Assembly (NCBI GenBank): GCA_963693365.1
Contig: CAVNZM010000001.1
Location: 9,006,907-9,070,906, forward strand
Length of the DNA stretch: 64,000 bases
Direction of reading: 5' to 3'
DNA from: Amoebidium appalachense
Lineage: Eukaryota > Protista > Ichthyosporea
The notes under the pieces are model-generated. The model did no database searches. It saw only the letters and a list, made by a program, of their open reading frames with translations, and was not told the origin of the DNA. Shown here piece by piece: positions 20,151 through 46,673 of the stretch. Numbering within the stretch: the first letter of the stretch is position 1; each line of letters starts with the position of its first letter. Both the position numbers and the translations under genes were made by a program.

Positions 20151-20640
20151 GGGGAGAGGGGGGGAGGGGTGATACACAACAGAAAGTACAAATTCACGAC
20201 GGGTACCGCAACATGGGTGTGCGAAACAATGCACAGACTCAAATGTTTGCAACACGAAAAGAGTGGCCAGCCCTTTATCAATTGAATCTTGCCTCTTCCC
20301 CCCTTCCCCCCTCCATCTTCTATTTCCAATTTTCATCATCTTGTACGTTATTTACTCACAAGGGTTACTCAGCAAAGAGGTTGTTCCGAGACAGGGGGGG
20401 GGGGGGGGGGGAGCTCTTTGAAGGTGAGGCAGGGAACGAGAAGGCGAGGGGCATATGGCCGTAGGTAGGAGGAAACAGGTAAGGGGACAACAGACAAAAA
20501 ATTTTTGGGGGAAGGTGAAGGGTGGTGAGGGGGGATGGGGAGATTAAACGATGTGTAGCAACACTGTGTGAAGGTTGGGTGAGCAGGAGGGTGTGCGTGC
20601 GTGCGTGTTGGGGGGAGGATGGGGGGAGTGGGGGAAGGGG

Positions 20641-20752
20641 AGGTTAGAATGTGTCAAAGAGTTCAAAGTACTTATTCATGGCGGACAACACCATGGGGAG
20701 TGCAAAGCACAGACAAAGGGTATGAAGGTTAAGCAGAGCTCATCCCGAGGTT
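20641..20752 (-). mobile_element. Diverged copy of the poly(C)-anchored repeat
   Basis: ggttagaatgtgtca...taagcagagctcatcccgagg matches both ends of the family core. Confidence 0.5.
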
Positions 20753-21035
20753 GGGTTGGGTTGGGCCCGGGGGGGGGGGGGGGGGGGGAGGACCCAAGCA
20801 TGGATGAGTAGCGGGTGGGGGGGGGGGGGGGGGGGGGGGACCCAAGCATGGATGAGTAGCGGGGGAGAGAGTGTAGGAATGAAGTTGATAGAACAGAAAA
20901 GTAGAGAAGTGCTGCTCGTTGCAAGGAGGGTCAAATGATAAGAGAAGGGCAGCAACTACGCAGAAGACAATCGGAAGGGAAGGAAGAAGAGCACCCGGGA
21001 AGGGTGGGCGGGCGGGCAGGGGGGGCGGGGGGAAG

Positions 21036-21066
<31 letters not shown>

Positions 21067-21375
21067 AGGGGAGCGAGGGAGAGAGGGAGGGGAAGAGAGA
21101 GAGAGAGAAGGGTTTGGGGGGAAGACAGGCCCGGGGGGGGAAGGGGAGGGGGAGCAAGGGTATACTAGTTGGAAGCAGTCACTCAAGAAACGGTTCCGCA
21201 AAGCTTCATAGAGTATAAAAACAAAGGCGAGACCTAGGGTTGTGAGCATCGGAGGGGTTTGGTACCGTAAAAACTTTGTGGTGTGTTGGGTGGGAAAGGA
21301 GAAATGGACAGACCAAACGAGAAAACCGATGGAAAAGGAAGCCTGTGTGGTAACCACGAGGTTGGGTGGGTGGGG

Positions 21376-21399
<24 letters not shown>

Positions 21400-21406
<7 letters not shown>

Positions 21407-22534
21407 TTTGAATGCGGAACACAGTACGAAGTACGCATAGACGATGAGAAGCATGATGCAGGACACATGCAAAGGCAAACATTCAAGTATGCAGCATCAG
21501 CCATGCGCACAGTATGCGTCATAAGCAGAGCCCATCCTCAGGGAGGGCCCAAGTCATCAATTGCGTCTGAGTTTCGACCCCTTAGCCCGCGTATATACGA
21601 CGCTCCAACTCAGACAGCAGCATCAACTGAACTTGGGTGGGTCAACCCGTCTTGATCAAAGACGAGCAGGGTTGCTTATGCAAGCAAGGTGAGCAAAACG
21701 GTGAAGATGTGTGTGCAAACTAATGCAGTGCAGCGACAAACGCGTATGTGCTTACAGATGCACGACACAGAGCAACCATGCCCGGTTGCATGGAAGTAAA
21801 GATGTCTCCACACAGTGGTCTGTCCTGAAAGGACACCTCTGAAAGAAGACAGGGGGGGGTTTGAATGCGGAACACAGTACGAAGTACGCATAGACGATGA
21901 GAAGCATGATGCAGGACACATGCAAAGGCAAACATTCAAGTATGCAGCATCAGCCATGCGCACAGTATGCGTCATAAGCAGAGCCCATCCTCAGGGAGGG
22001 CCCAAGTCATCAATTGCGTCTGAGTTTCGACCCCTTAGCCCGCGTATATACGACGCTCCAACTCAGACAGCAGCATCAACTGAACTTGGGTGGGTCAACC
22101 CGTCTTGATCAAAGACGAGCAGGGTTGCTTATGCAAGCAAGGTGAGCAAAACGGTGAAGATGTGTGTGCAAACTAATGCAGTGCAGCGACAAACGCGTAT
22201 GTGCTTACAGATGCACGACACAGAGCAACCATGCCCGGTTGCATGGAAGTAAAGATGTCTCCACACAGTGGTCTGTCCTGAAAGGACACCTCTGAAAGAA
22301 GACAGGGGGGGTTTGAATGCGGAACACAGTACGAAGTACGCATAGACGATGAGAAGCATGATGCAGGACACATGCAAAGGCAAACATTCAAGTATGCAGC
22401 ATCAGCCATGCGCACAGTATGCGTCATAAGCAGAGCCCATCCTCAGGGAGGGCCCAAGCATGGGGGGGGGGGTTTTGAATGCGGAACACAGTACGAAGTA
22501 CGCATACACGATGAGAAGCATGGTGCAGGACATG
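21400..22534. repeat. Near-perfect tandem duplication of a 452-453 bp unit (~2.3 copies) plus a short fourth element copy; each unit holds a subfamily-B repeat and an exon-like segment
   Basis: gtttgaatgcggaacacagtacgaag recurs at ~21406, ~21859, ~22311 and ~22473; identical translated ORFs are offset by 453 nt. Confidence 0.9.
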
Positions 22535-22694
22535 GGGGGGGGGGGGGAGGGGTTGGGAACTGGGGGCAAAACCCACATGTGGGACACAGCACACACAGCC
22601 TGAGACGACTTACATGCACAATGGCATACATGAGCTGAACAGAGACTATTTAACCCACGAGGGAGCCAGTTCTCTATCCTCCCCCCTCCCCCCT

Positions 22695-22739
<45 letters not shown>

Positions 22740-22946
22740 TTCCCACAATACAGAGAGGAAGGGAAGAGAAGAAGAATCGACATGAACAAGGGGCGTTTGA
22801 GAGTAAATAGACAGAGAAAAAGTAGACAGAGAAAACAGAAAAGACACGCAAAATGGCCACCCCCCGTGTGTGTGTGTGGGTTAAGTGTGTGTGGGTTGGG
22901 ATGGGCAAGTGATTTAAAATTTTACATTTTTCTTTTCTTTTTTTTT

Positions 22947-22977
<31 letters not shown>

Positions 22978-24949
22978 GGGAAGGGGGTGCAAGCGGAGAG
23001 GATAAGAATAGAGCGATTATAGTAGGACTAACTATACAGGTACGCCAAGGCAGACACGGTGAAGTGGACAGAAATACAAGCACCAAAGAAAAACAGAATA
23101 TATACAGCACAAGCAGGGCCCAGGGTCACGTGAGCTCCAAGTCGTTCACAGGCCCGGCAGGGGGGGGGGGGGGAGGGAGGGGCGGGTCGAGCAGAGGGGT
23201 GTGAGTTCAGAGAAGACCTTCACATGTAGGTAATAGGCCAAACCCACCAGACAAAGGTAAAAAAAAGGATGTCACACAAGATGCGCAAGAGGCTTGCGGT
23301 ATTCAATGAACAAAGACAATAGCTAACTTTGGCGTAACGGACAGCCCGACAGACATGCGTGGATGCGAGGCAGTTTAATGCAAGTGGCAGAACACACCAA
23401 TCTACCCACAGCACGCAGCAGGGTAGCAATCAGCGGGCGACTGTCCGGGGGGGGGGGGGGGGGGGGGGAGAAGGGGGGAGGGGAGCGGAGGGGAAGGGGA
23501 GGGGTGAGGATGGGGAGAGGAGGGGGCTAGGGGAAGGGGAAGAAGAGGGTGGAGGCCAAGAGCCACAAAAACATCAAAAAGGCGAGAATTATTGTAGATT
23601 CAATAGAGAAGCAACCCAACCCAGTAATTAGTGGCCGAAAAAGAAATGAGACTTCCGACCTAAATTTTGAATGGGCGGGGGGTATGTGTGGGTCAAAGGA
23701 CAGGGGAAAAGGGTTCCCCGGGGGCGGGGGGGGGGGGGGGGGGGGGGGGGGGGATGAAAGGTAAGGAGGGCACAGGCCAGGCAACTAACTAGAAGAGAGA
23801 TCCCGACACAAAGCAATATATTCTGGTCCGTACAAGGGAGAGCATGATGGACACCGATTGAGATAATGCAAGAAGAGAATGTCTAGCTCAGACAGCATCG
23901 ATAGGTATGGCAGAATAAAAGAACATTGGTTCGTAATACCACGAGACCCGTAAAAGAAATCCCATAGAGTGCACTGTGAGGTTCTGTGGGATATCTGAGC
24001 TTGGAAAGAATCATAGGAGGCAAGCGGAAAAATGGCCCACGTAGAGAAAAACAACAATGGAGCGCTCATAACTTTGTAGGCGCCATATTTTCAGGCCGAG
24101 TAAGTACACCCGAAATGGCTAACACCAGTAACAGACCATATTCAACCACAGCATTCCTCTCTCTCAATTATAGAGTAGCTCTAGAGGAAGACGTGGTGGG
24201 CAGTGGGACTGTTAATGTAGTGACTAAGAGCAGGCATGGACCTTAAGAACTCTCTCCTCCTTATTCAACTACAAGGATTTCTCTATATACTAGTATGCTA
24301 CTTCGTTCTTTTTCTTTTCGAATTCCCCGCTGTAGAGTTCACAGACAGAGGTTTTTTTTTCTCGCCTCCTCGTGGCGCCAAGTTCGCGAACACCGTCGAA
24401 GGAACACTTCAAACGGCGAAGAAGAGAGGTCCAAATCACGCTGATCATGACGGCCACCTGCCAAATACGGTCATTAAAATGTACAAACAGATGGCTGATT
24501 GGTGCACTTTCTTTCTATATATGGCTACAAAAAACATGGAGCATCCTGTGGCTTTATAAGTCCCAGATATTTGCATTAAATTCATGTTTAAAAGTGAGGT
24601 TAATTGACTTTGGCAACGCTCTAAAACGATTCCTCACTTTTGATTGGATTTGTTGAAGGTGCGGTGTAACCGCAGAAAGCCAGCCAACCGCGTGGAACCT
24701 TTCACCACATTGAAAAATGGGTAGATGTAGCTGCGAAAAAAAGGAACAATGAAGGCAAGAAAATGCATGTAATATATAAAGACGCATGTAAAAGGTGAGT
24801 TCATGATAAAGTAGCACGAAATAAATGCATTATGTTTGCTTTGTGCGGCCCTTTGTCGCTAAGTTGGCTGCTGCAAATCGCAGTCCTGGGTTCACAGTGG
24901 ATTACGCGATATGCCTATTTTAGAAAATGCCAGCCGCGATCGAAGTGAC

Positions 24950-24957
24950 TATAAAAA
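24950..24957 (+). promoter_or_regulatory. Putative TATA box of PGK, followed by a probable 5'UTR intron 24994-25754
   Basis: TATAAAAA, then donor G|GTGAGT at 24994; branch-like gctgac and acceptor ttcgcag at 25754, 26 nt before the Kozak-context ATG. Confidence 0.45.
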
Positions 24958-25780
24958 CACAAACTTGCCATTCTGCTTGTCAGATTTCTTTTGGTGAGTC
25001 TCACAATCCAAACCACACACACACACGAGTCCCTCGTGTTCACAATTCCTCCGTTTTTCGTGTGTACGTTTGCGGATCTCTGGCTATTAGTACAGCGTGG
25101 TGGATAGAAACAAATCTTGCTTTGTTATCTAGTTTTACGAAAGGGCAAGTGGTTTCTTTCATATCTTGAAGGATCAGTTTATGCTTTCAACGTTCAGCCT
25201 GATTGCCCTTCCTATGCTTTTTCGTGTCACTAGTACTCGGGGTGGATATCGTCATGAAGACGAGTTCTTTAGGATACTTCCATGCATTGTGCTTCAGTTT
25301 GTGAAGGAGAATACAGTGTCGTGCTCCAAATCTGTTCTCAGATCCTACCACCAATCTTCCGGTTTCTACTTTCTCACTGCACCATCTTCCTCGACCTTCT
25401 AATTTCTGAAACTGGGGAGTAACGTGTCTCTGTCCCTTGCTTTCCCACTTCCTTTCTTCTACTATCTCTCTATATATATATCTCTCTCTCTCTCTTTCCT
25501 CTCCCTCCCCCCCCCCCCCCCCCCCCTCCCCCCCTCCCCCCCTCCCTCCCCACGCTCTCCTCCCTTCTCTATCCAACCCCATGCCCCCGTCCCCCGTCCC
25601 CGCCTGCTCCTCCCAAACTCTTCTCCCCCTACTAGTGTTATGCACCGTTCACCTTCCTCAAACTATTCATGCCTATGCTTTTGTGCTGTTTTCCTGTGTA
25701 GCAGCCCTTTGTGCTGTTTTCCTGTTTGCTGACTTCAATGCCTTTGCTTCGCAGTGCTAGTCCACAAAACAACCGCCACC

Positions 25781-26612
25781 ATGTCTCTCGGAAGCAAGCT
25801 GGGTTACGAGTCGGTCGACTACAAGGGCAAGCGCGTCCTTATCCGGTGAGTTTTATGTTTTCAAACATAGTATGACAGGGTTTAGGCTTGCTACCCTAGC
25901 TGGCAGCTAATATATGATATCGTCTTTAACACGTTGGCTATCACCTTTCTTATCCAACCATGTCTCCATCCTCCCCTCCCCCCGTCCCCCCCCCCCCCCC
26001 CCCCCCTCTCCCGCCCCCCTGCTCCCCCCTCTCCCGTGTCCTTTTTCTAACTACCTACCCGTCCCCACTGCCTGCCTGGTTCTACCCCCCCCCCCCCCCC
26101 CCTCGCCCTCCCGCCCTTCTGCCCCCCGAGTGTACCCTCCCATTTGCCTTTTACTTTTGAGTATACCCCATCTCCAAGCCCACCCCTCCACAAGCCACTC
26201 ATCTTTCTTTCCTCCTATAGTGTGGACTTCAACGTCCCTCAGGACCAGGATGGCAACATCACCAACCCCGCACGTATCGCTGGTGCTCTGCCCACCATCA
26301 AGTACTGCCTGGACAATGGTGCTAAGAGCGTTGTGCTCATGAGCCATCTTGGCCGCCCCGATGGCCAGCCCAACCCCACATACAGCCTTAAGCCCGTGGC
26401 TGCCAAGCTGGAGGAGCTTTTGGGCAAGCCCGTTACCTTCCTGCCGGACTGTGTGGGTGCTGAGGTCGAGGCTGCATGCGCAAACCCTGCAGATGGCAGC
26501 GTTATTCTTCTGGAGAACTTGCGCTTCCACCTCGAGGAGGAGGGCAAGGGTGTTGTCAACGGCGAGAAGGTCAAGCTCCTCTCCCCTCCCCCTCCCCCCC
26601 CCTCCCCTCCCC

Positions 26613-26646
<34 letters not shown>

Positions 26647-27983
26647 AATCTGCCAAGCTTGCTCTCTGCCTCTTTTAGGTACCCCTCTCCTGCACACCAT
26701 GTTCCCTTCTCTGGCTCACGGGCATACATTCAAGTTTACGCGTTCCCCCACTACCCTCTCATTGCCCAATAATTGAGCACCATCTTGTCACACATCTACC
26801 TCTACATATTCCTCTTCAGACCGCCTGTCTGCACTTGTGTCCATCTTGCTTACCCCATCTGTTCGGACTAACAGAAGAAGGCCTCTGCCGAGGACGTTGC
26901 CAAGTTCCGCGCCAGCCTGACCAAGCTGGGCGATGTTTACGTCAACGATGCCTTCGGCACTGCCCACCGCGCACATAGCTCCATGGTGGGTGTTGACCTG
27001 CCAGTCCGCGCATGCGGTGCCCTCATGAAGAAGGAGCTCGACTACTTCGCCATGGCCCTGGAGAACCCCCAGCGCCCCTTCCTGGCCATCCTCGGCGGGT
27101 ATGTGCCTTAATCCCCCCCCCCCCCCCTTTCTTCAGGGAGCTTAAGAGAAAAGCCACCAGCAGTGTCCAACACAACATTCTTGATAGTATTGGTGCTTCT
27201 GATTGGTCGTTCGTTCTGCTGAACTTATCCCCCTTGCCCCCCCCCCCCTCCCCCCCCCCCCCTCCTTATCCTTCCCCTTCCCCTCCCTCTTTCCCGCCCT
27301 CCCCCCAAAATGCAAGATCCCATTATACACCATAAATTTCAGAGAAAACAACAACATCATTGATGTTTTACTCATGGATGGCCCCTACCCACACAGTGCC
27401 AAGGTCAGCGACAAGATCCAGCTGATCGAGAACCTTCTTGACAAGGTCGACATGCTCATCATCGGTGGCGGCATGGCCTACACCTTCAACAAGGTGCTTG
27501 ACAACATGCCCATCGGCAACTCCCTCTTCGACCAGGGCGGCGCCGAGATCGTGCCCAAGCTCATGGAGAAGGCAAAGGCAAAGAACGTGAAGATTGTTCT
27601 CCCTGTCGACTTCGTTACTGCCGACAAGTTTGCCGCCGACGCAAACACCGGCTTGGCAAACGCCAAGGACGGCGTCCCAGATGGCTGGATGGGTCTTGAC
27701 ATTGGGCCCGAGTCCATTGCTCTTTTCCGCGACACCGTCTCTCAGGCCAAGCAGATTCTGTGGAACGGGCCATGCGGTGTGTTCGAGTTCGACGCGTTTG
27801 CCACCGGCACCAAGGAGGTCATGAACGCTGTTGTTGACGCAACGGCAAAGGGCGCCATCTCCATCATTGGTGGCGGTGACACTGCCACGTGCTGCAAGAA
27901 GTTCAAGACCACCGACAAGGTCAGCCACGTCTCCACTGGTGGCGGAGCTTCCCTGGAGCTGCTTGAGGGTATGTTGACTCTTT

Positions 27984-28019
<36 letters not shown>

Positions 28020-28275
28020 ACGCCTCCCCTTCGTTTTCTCCGGCCTCATCACACGGCCTAAGAATTTCAACTTGTTCCCCCTCCTTCCCCTCATCACAAG
28101 GACCAAGCTTCCCCCATCCTCCCCCTCTGCACCTGTTTTGTGTCTTGTGTTATTAATAGTGTGGGGCCATCCAGTCACTTAGCAGGCCCTTTTCGTTGGG
28201 AATACTTTATCTAACAGTACCTTTCTCCCTGCAGGCAAGGAGCTGCCCGGTGTTGCCGCCCTGTCCTCCAAGTAA
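25781..28275 (+). CDS. PGK: Phosphoglycerate kinase, 416 aa. Exons 25781-25845, 26221-26569, 26875-27098, 27397-27968, 28235-28275
   Basis: Motifs [83 protein letters not shown]; GT-AG junctions; exons sum to 1251 nt in frame; ccgccaccATG context. Confidence 0.98.
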
Positions 28276-29526
28276 GCGCCTCGTATTTTAATGAAAAAAT
28301 CGCGTAGGCCACAAGTGCGGGCTGGGGCTGTTTACGGTCCCCTCCCAGCACCTGTTTTTTCAACTGTGCGCTGCCAGGCGCATGCGCACAGCGTATATAT
28401 AGACACATGTATGAATAATAAACGTTAGTTTTAGCCTGTACTATCGGCACATATGTGCCCAATGCTCTCCCACCTGGCCCCGAAACACACACACACACAT
28501 GCATGCGTGCGCCACCACCACCGCCACAGTGACTGGTCCACCAATCCCCAGGCCGGAAACATGCCAACTAGGCTTCTCCCTGCCCACACATTTTTGTATC
28601 CCGAGTTTTGCTCTGTCGAAAGTGTGAAACATTGCAAAACAATTGACACAGCCATACTCAGAAATTTTATGTATCCCCCTTCCATGCAAAACACGATACA
28701 GCCATACTCAAAATTGTTGACTAGAAATTCCATATGGAGACACTCAACAATTGCTTGTCAACAATTTTATGTATCCACCCCCTCCCCCCCAAGAAAACAC
28801 AGACACACACAAGCCATCATGCTGAAGAAAGAAAGAGAGAGGGAATGGAGAAAAGGCACAGCAAGAGGTTGGGAGTGGGAGGGGGGGGAGGTCGTGAGGA
28901 TATGAAAGGGGCAAAGATGCAACTGAGCGGGAAGTCACCGTGGCGTACACAGTGTGTACGTCACGGTGTAAGTTGCACACTTGGGCACGTGTGTAGCACA
29001 CATGCAACTTCTTTTTTCTTGAACACACACACATGGGCAACTTTCTCACACTGGCAGGCTGTGTCAAGCTTCACACATGGGCAACTTTCTCACACTGGCA
29101 GGCTGTGTCAAGCTTCACAGAGCTGCTGACAGGCAGCTGAGTAGGCTGTCCCAATAAAATAAAATAGATCTATTCATCGATCTATTTTTGATCGGTACCC
29201 CTTCTGTTCTATCAAGTCCCGGCCTAGGCCTGCACACGCGCAGCCGTACGTGAGTCGTGACACTGCTGATTGTCCTTCACTTGACTCAGAGCTAGGTAGG
29301 TAGGAGCCACACCCAACTCCAGCAATTGCTAGTTGGATGTGGTTTGAATAGTGAATAGTAATAAATAGATAATAGAAAGATTATGTGGTTTTTTTGAATG
29401 TAAACGAAGCCCAATTGCCGTCACGCACACCCCTATAGCACATACCAAATCTACCTCCAACTTGTACTAGCATCTAGAGCTCACGGAGTGAAAACGGAAG
29501 TGGCTCAGGCGAGAAGATAGTTAAAC

Positions 29527-43406
<13,880 letters not shown>

Positions 43407-43533
43407 CAGTGTGGGTGGGTATAAAGGTTTCTACTTGTAGAAAATTAAAGTTGAGATATTTACACTACAAAGCATATCCCTACGTGTTCTTCGGTTTTTT
43501 TTTTTTTTTTTTTTTTTTTGTTTGTTTGTTTTT

Positions 43534-43580
<47 letters not shown>

Positions 43581-43853
43581 ACGGACATTTATTATTGGAT
43601 TGGATCGAAACCACTTATTCGGCCGGATCGCCCATATAATGAGACTGTGTAAATCTATAACCATAGTAAAGGGTTGCTCCTAAGTGTATCTTTTTCGCAC
43701 TCCGATCGGCGCTGAGCGCTCATATGGCAGCCCCCTTCGTTCTAAGTGACCCCTCCTTTCCCTGTAAATACGGCCATTTGTGTTGGTGATGAATCATTTT
43801 AATAAGGCGGGTGATGCAATCATCAATAATGAGACATTCACGTGCATATCTAA

Positions 43854-44103
43854 CAGATAACGTCCCCGAATAAGAACCCCCCCAATAAGATTTCTCCCCT
43901 TGGCAAAATTGGGGGGTTTTTTATAATAATAAAAATCTGCCCCCCGGCTAGTTTTCGGGGTGATGTTATTGGTGGACGCATGAATAAATCATACTGAGTG
44001 GGCCCCCTGCCAATAAGAATTTGACCCCGACCCCCCCAAAAAAATTTTAATATCCCGCCCCCCGGCCACATTTTGGGGGGTTCTTATTCGCGGACGGTAT
44101 CTG
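43854..44103. mobile_element. MITE with ~31-bp TIR (CAG...CTG) and internal AATAAGA subrepeats
   Basis: cagataacgtccccgaataagaaccccccaa pairs with ttggggggttcttattcgcggacggtatctg (2 mismatches); right flank TA, left flank TAA. Confidence 0.8.
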
Positions 44104-44645
44104 TATAATGCTCGGTAGTTTTTGGATATGCATGCCTAGGCTGCTGTAGTAATGGCGACACCCATCCACTTGAGCCGCATAAGTACTACACTAGTAAGAC
44201 TGAATTGTTGCTAGAGTCTGTTTGCGTGCGTTCGTGCGTGCGTGCGTTCGTGCGTTCGTGTGTTCGTGCGTGTGTGTGTTCGCGTGTAGGTGCATGCATG
44301 CGTGTGTGCGTGTGTATGACAATGTATTTCCGATGCATTCTTCTGAACATCCTATGTGCGCATAGCCATTTATTTATAGGTCGCGTGCCCCATAAATAGA
44401 TATGTAGGGGCACGTGTCTGCACGGTGTGCTGTTGGTGCCACATGCATGCACTCGAAGTAAAGGGGAGAAATTTTGAATATTTGGGAACGAAATTTAAAT
44501 TCGTGTAAATGGCAATGATGAGGACTGCAATGAAAATAGTAAAATGTTCGTATAGCCACAGTTAGTAACTCAACTCTGCACTCAAAAATTGGCCAAGCTG
44601 CATCGTGACGTGGGAACTTTGAATCGATTCTCCCCCCTCCCCCCC

Positions 44646-44712
<67 letters not shown>

Positions 44713-46540
44713 ACCACCACCACCACCATTTGTGGCAACGTTAACGTTGTATGCCAACGGTTAATTAATAAACACACCCCAGGGAGTGGCTATGTATTCT
44801 TTATTTTGCCACTGTCCTTTTATTTCAGATGCGTCTCTGGGAGATCGGGCCCACCGGTACGTAAGCCCCCTGCCCATGCAATTTGGACACACTTGAAGTG
44901 CTACTCACCCTCTACGTTCTACCTGCCTCGGTGCATGCCTGCACAAACATGTCAATTGTAATATATATCATGACTCACCATGGTATGTATGTGTGTGGTT
45001 ACAGTCATAAGCGACTATATAATCATGTAACAAAGTTCTTCCAAATGGCATGTTACAACTTGCTAGACTCAGTACTAGTTAGCTTATAGAGATTGTCAGA
45101 GATCTCAACGGCGTCTCCGGCCAACACACCCCTCAGGCCACTCGGGGTGCACTTCATCTTGCTGTCGACGGAGACTGTCAGTGGTACTCCCTGCTTCTGT
45201 TCACTAACGTGTTGCTTGTGCAGAACTCCCAAATGCAATCTCCGTTAAAACACATGCACGCACACGCACGCGCAAACACATACACACACACACAACACAC
45301 ACACACCCACACACACACAACACACACACACACACACATACACACACTGCTGCTGCTGCAGTTGCTTGTGCAGAACTCCAAATTGCAATCTCCGTTAAAA
45401 CACACGCACTTGCACGTGTACAGCACGGTACAGCACGCGCAAACACACACACACACAACACACAAACACACACACACACACACATGCGCCCGTTGTGGTT
45501 CGTGGACTGGCCTTAATCGGCTGTTTTCATTGGACCATCTTTGCCCGCCACACCTTCACTGGGCCGATTGCACCATAGCAACATAACGATGTAAACACAT
45601 CTACAGTGATTCGTAATCTTTTTCATTTTATTTTACGCTTGCTGTTTAGAACATAAAAGGCGTGTGAATAGCCACCACCGTACGCTGTTTAGTTTTTGCA
45701 CTTTTTGGCATTTGCACATAGTTGATTTCACTTGATGCATGTCAGTGTGTAGGCTTTGATGACACACCATGTTACTCATCTAATAATAGTATTTATTTAC
45801 TAGCCTTTAACATTCCATGCTGTTTGCAATCACGTGTGATTGGGCCGTAACCAACGTGCGAATTGAACTTTTAATGTACATATAGATGTCGAGCACTGGT
45901 ATATATACAAGCACACGAAGTCTTCAGATTTTGGCATAGCTACATAGGTTACCTGCTGTATGAATGTATCTCTAACTCATACTATCGAAGCAATAAAGCC
46001 CATTGTCGTGGGCACACGCAAATGTTTGTGGAACGGAACAGCAAACACAAGAAGTTGCTGAGCAAGAGTTGGATGCAGCATCCCCCCCCCCCCCCCCCTC
46101 CCCCCCCAAAACCCCCCCTCACACCGTTGGAAAGAAACATTAACCGTGACAACAATACACCCACTCCACATCTTTTACTAAAGTTTTCTTTTCGCCATTA
46201 TCAAAGTTTTTAAGTTGGGATGGAGGTGGGGAGAGAAGGGGGGAGGGGGGGGGGGGGGGGGGGGGGGGAGGGAGGGAGGGAGAGGGGAAGGAAGGGAGGG
46301 AGGGAAGGAGGGAGGGAGGGAGGGAGGGGAAGGGGGGGGGGGGGGGGGGGGGGGGGGAGGGCGCGCGTTAATCCAGATAGTTCCTTTGTATGTCGGCGAA
46401 GCGGCACTGAAGGTGGCATGCTCGTCGCAGGAGGAACACACCGTGACACTGAAACACTTACACACTGTGATTCACACACACGACGTCGTATATGCACACA
46501 TGCTCATACGACAATGACGCACGCATACGTGCCCGTGGTG

Positions 46541-46617
<77 letters not shown>

Positions 46618-46642
46618 AACACACACGCACGGGGCAAACAGG

Positions 46643-46673
<31 letters not shown>

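Noticed and set aside
27368-28021. 217-aa antisense ORF (also 26051-26656 and 2540-3235)
   Set aside because: Antisense shadows of codon-biased genes.
28378-28388. NRF1-like GCGCATGCGC site upstream of QRSL1
   Set aside because: It lies in the probable PGK 3'UTR, and alternating purine-pyrimidine words are very common here.
45210-45410. ~48-bp direct duplication (also a 26-bp one at ~20789-20862)
   Set aside because: Local slippage duplications bounded by microsatellites, with no further structure.
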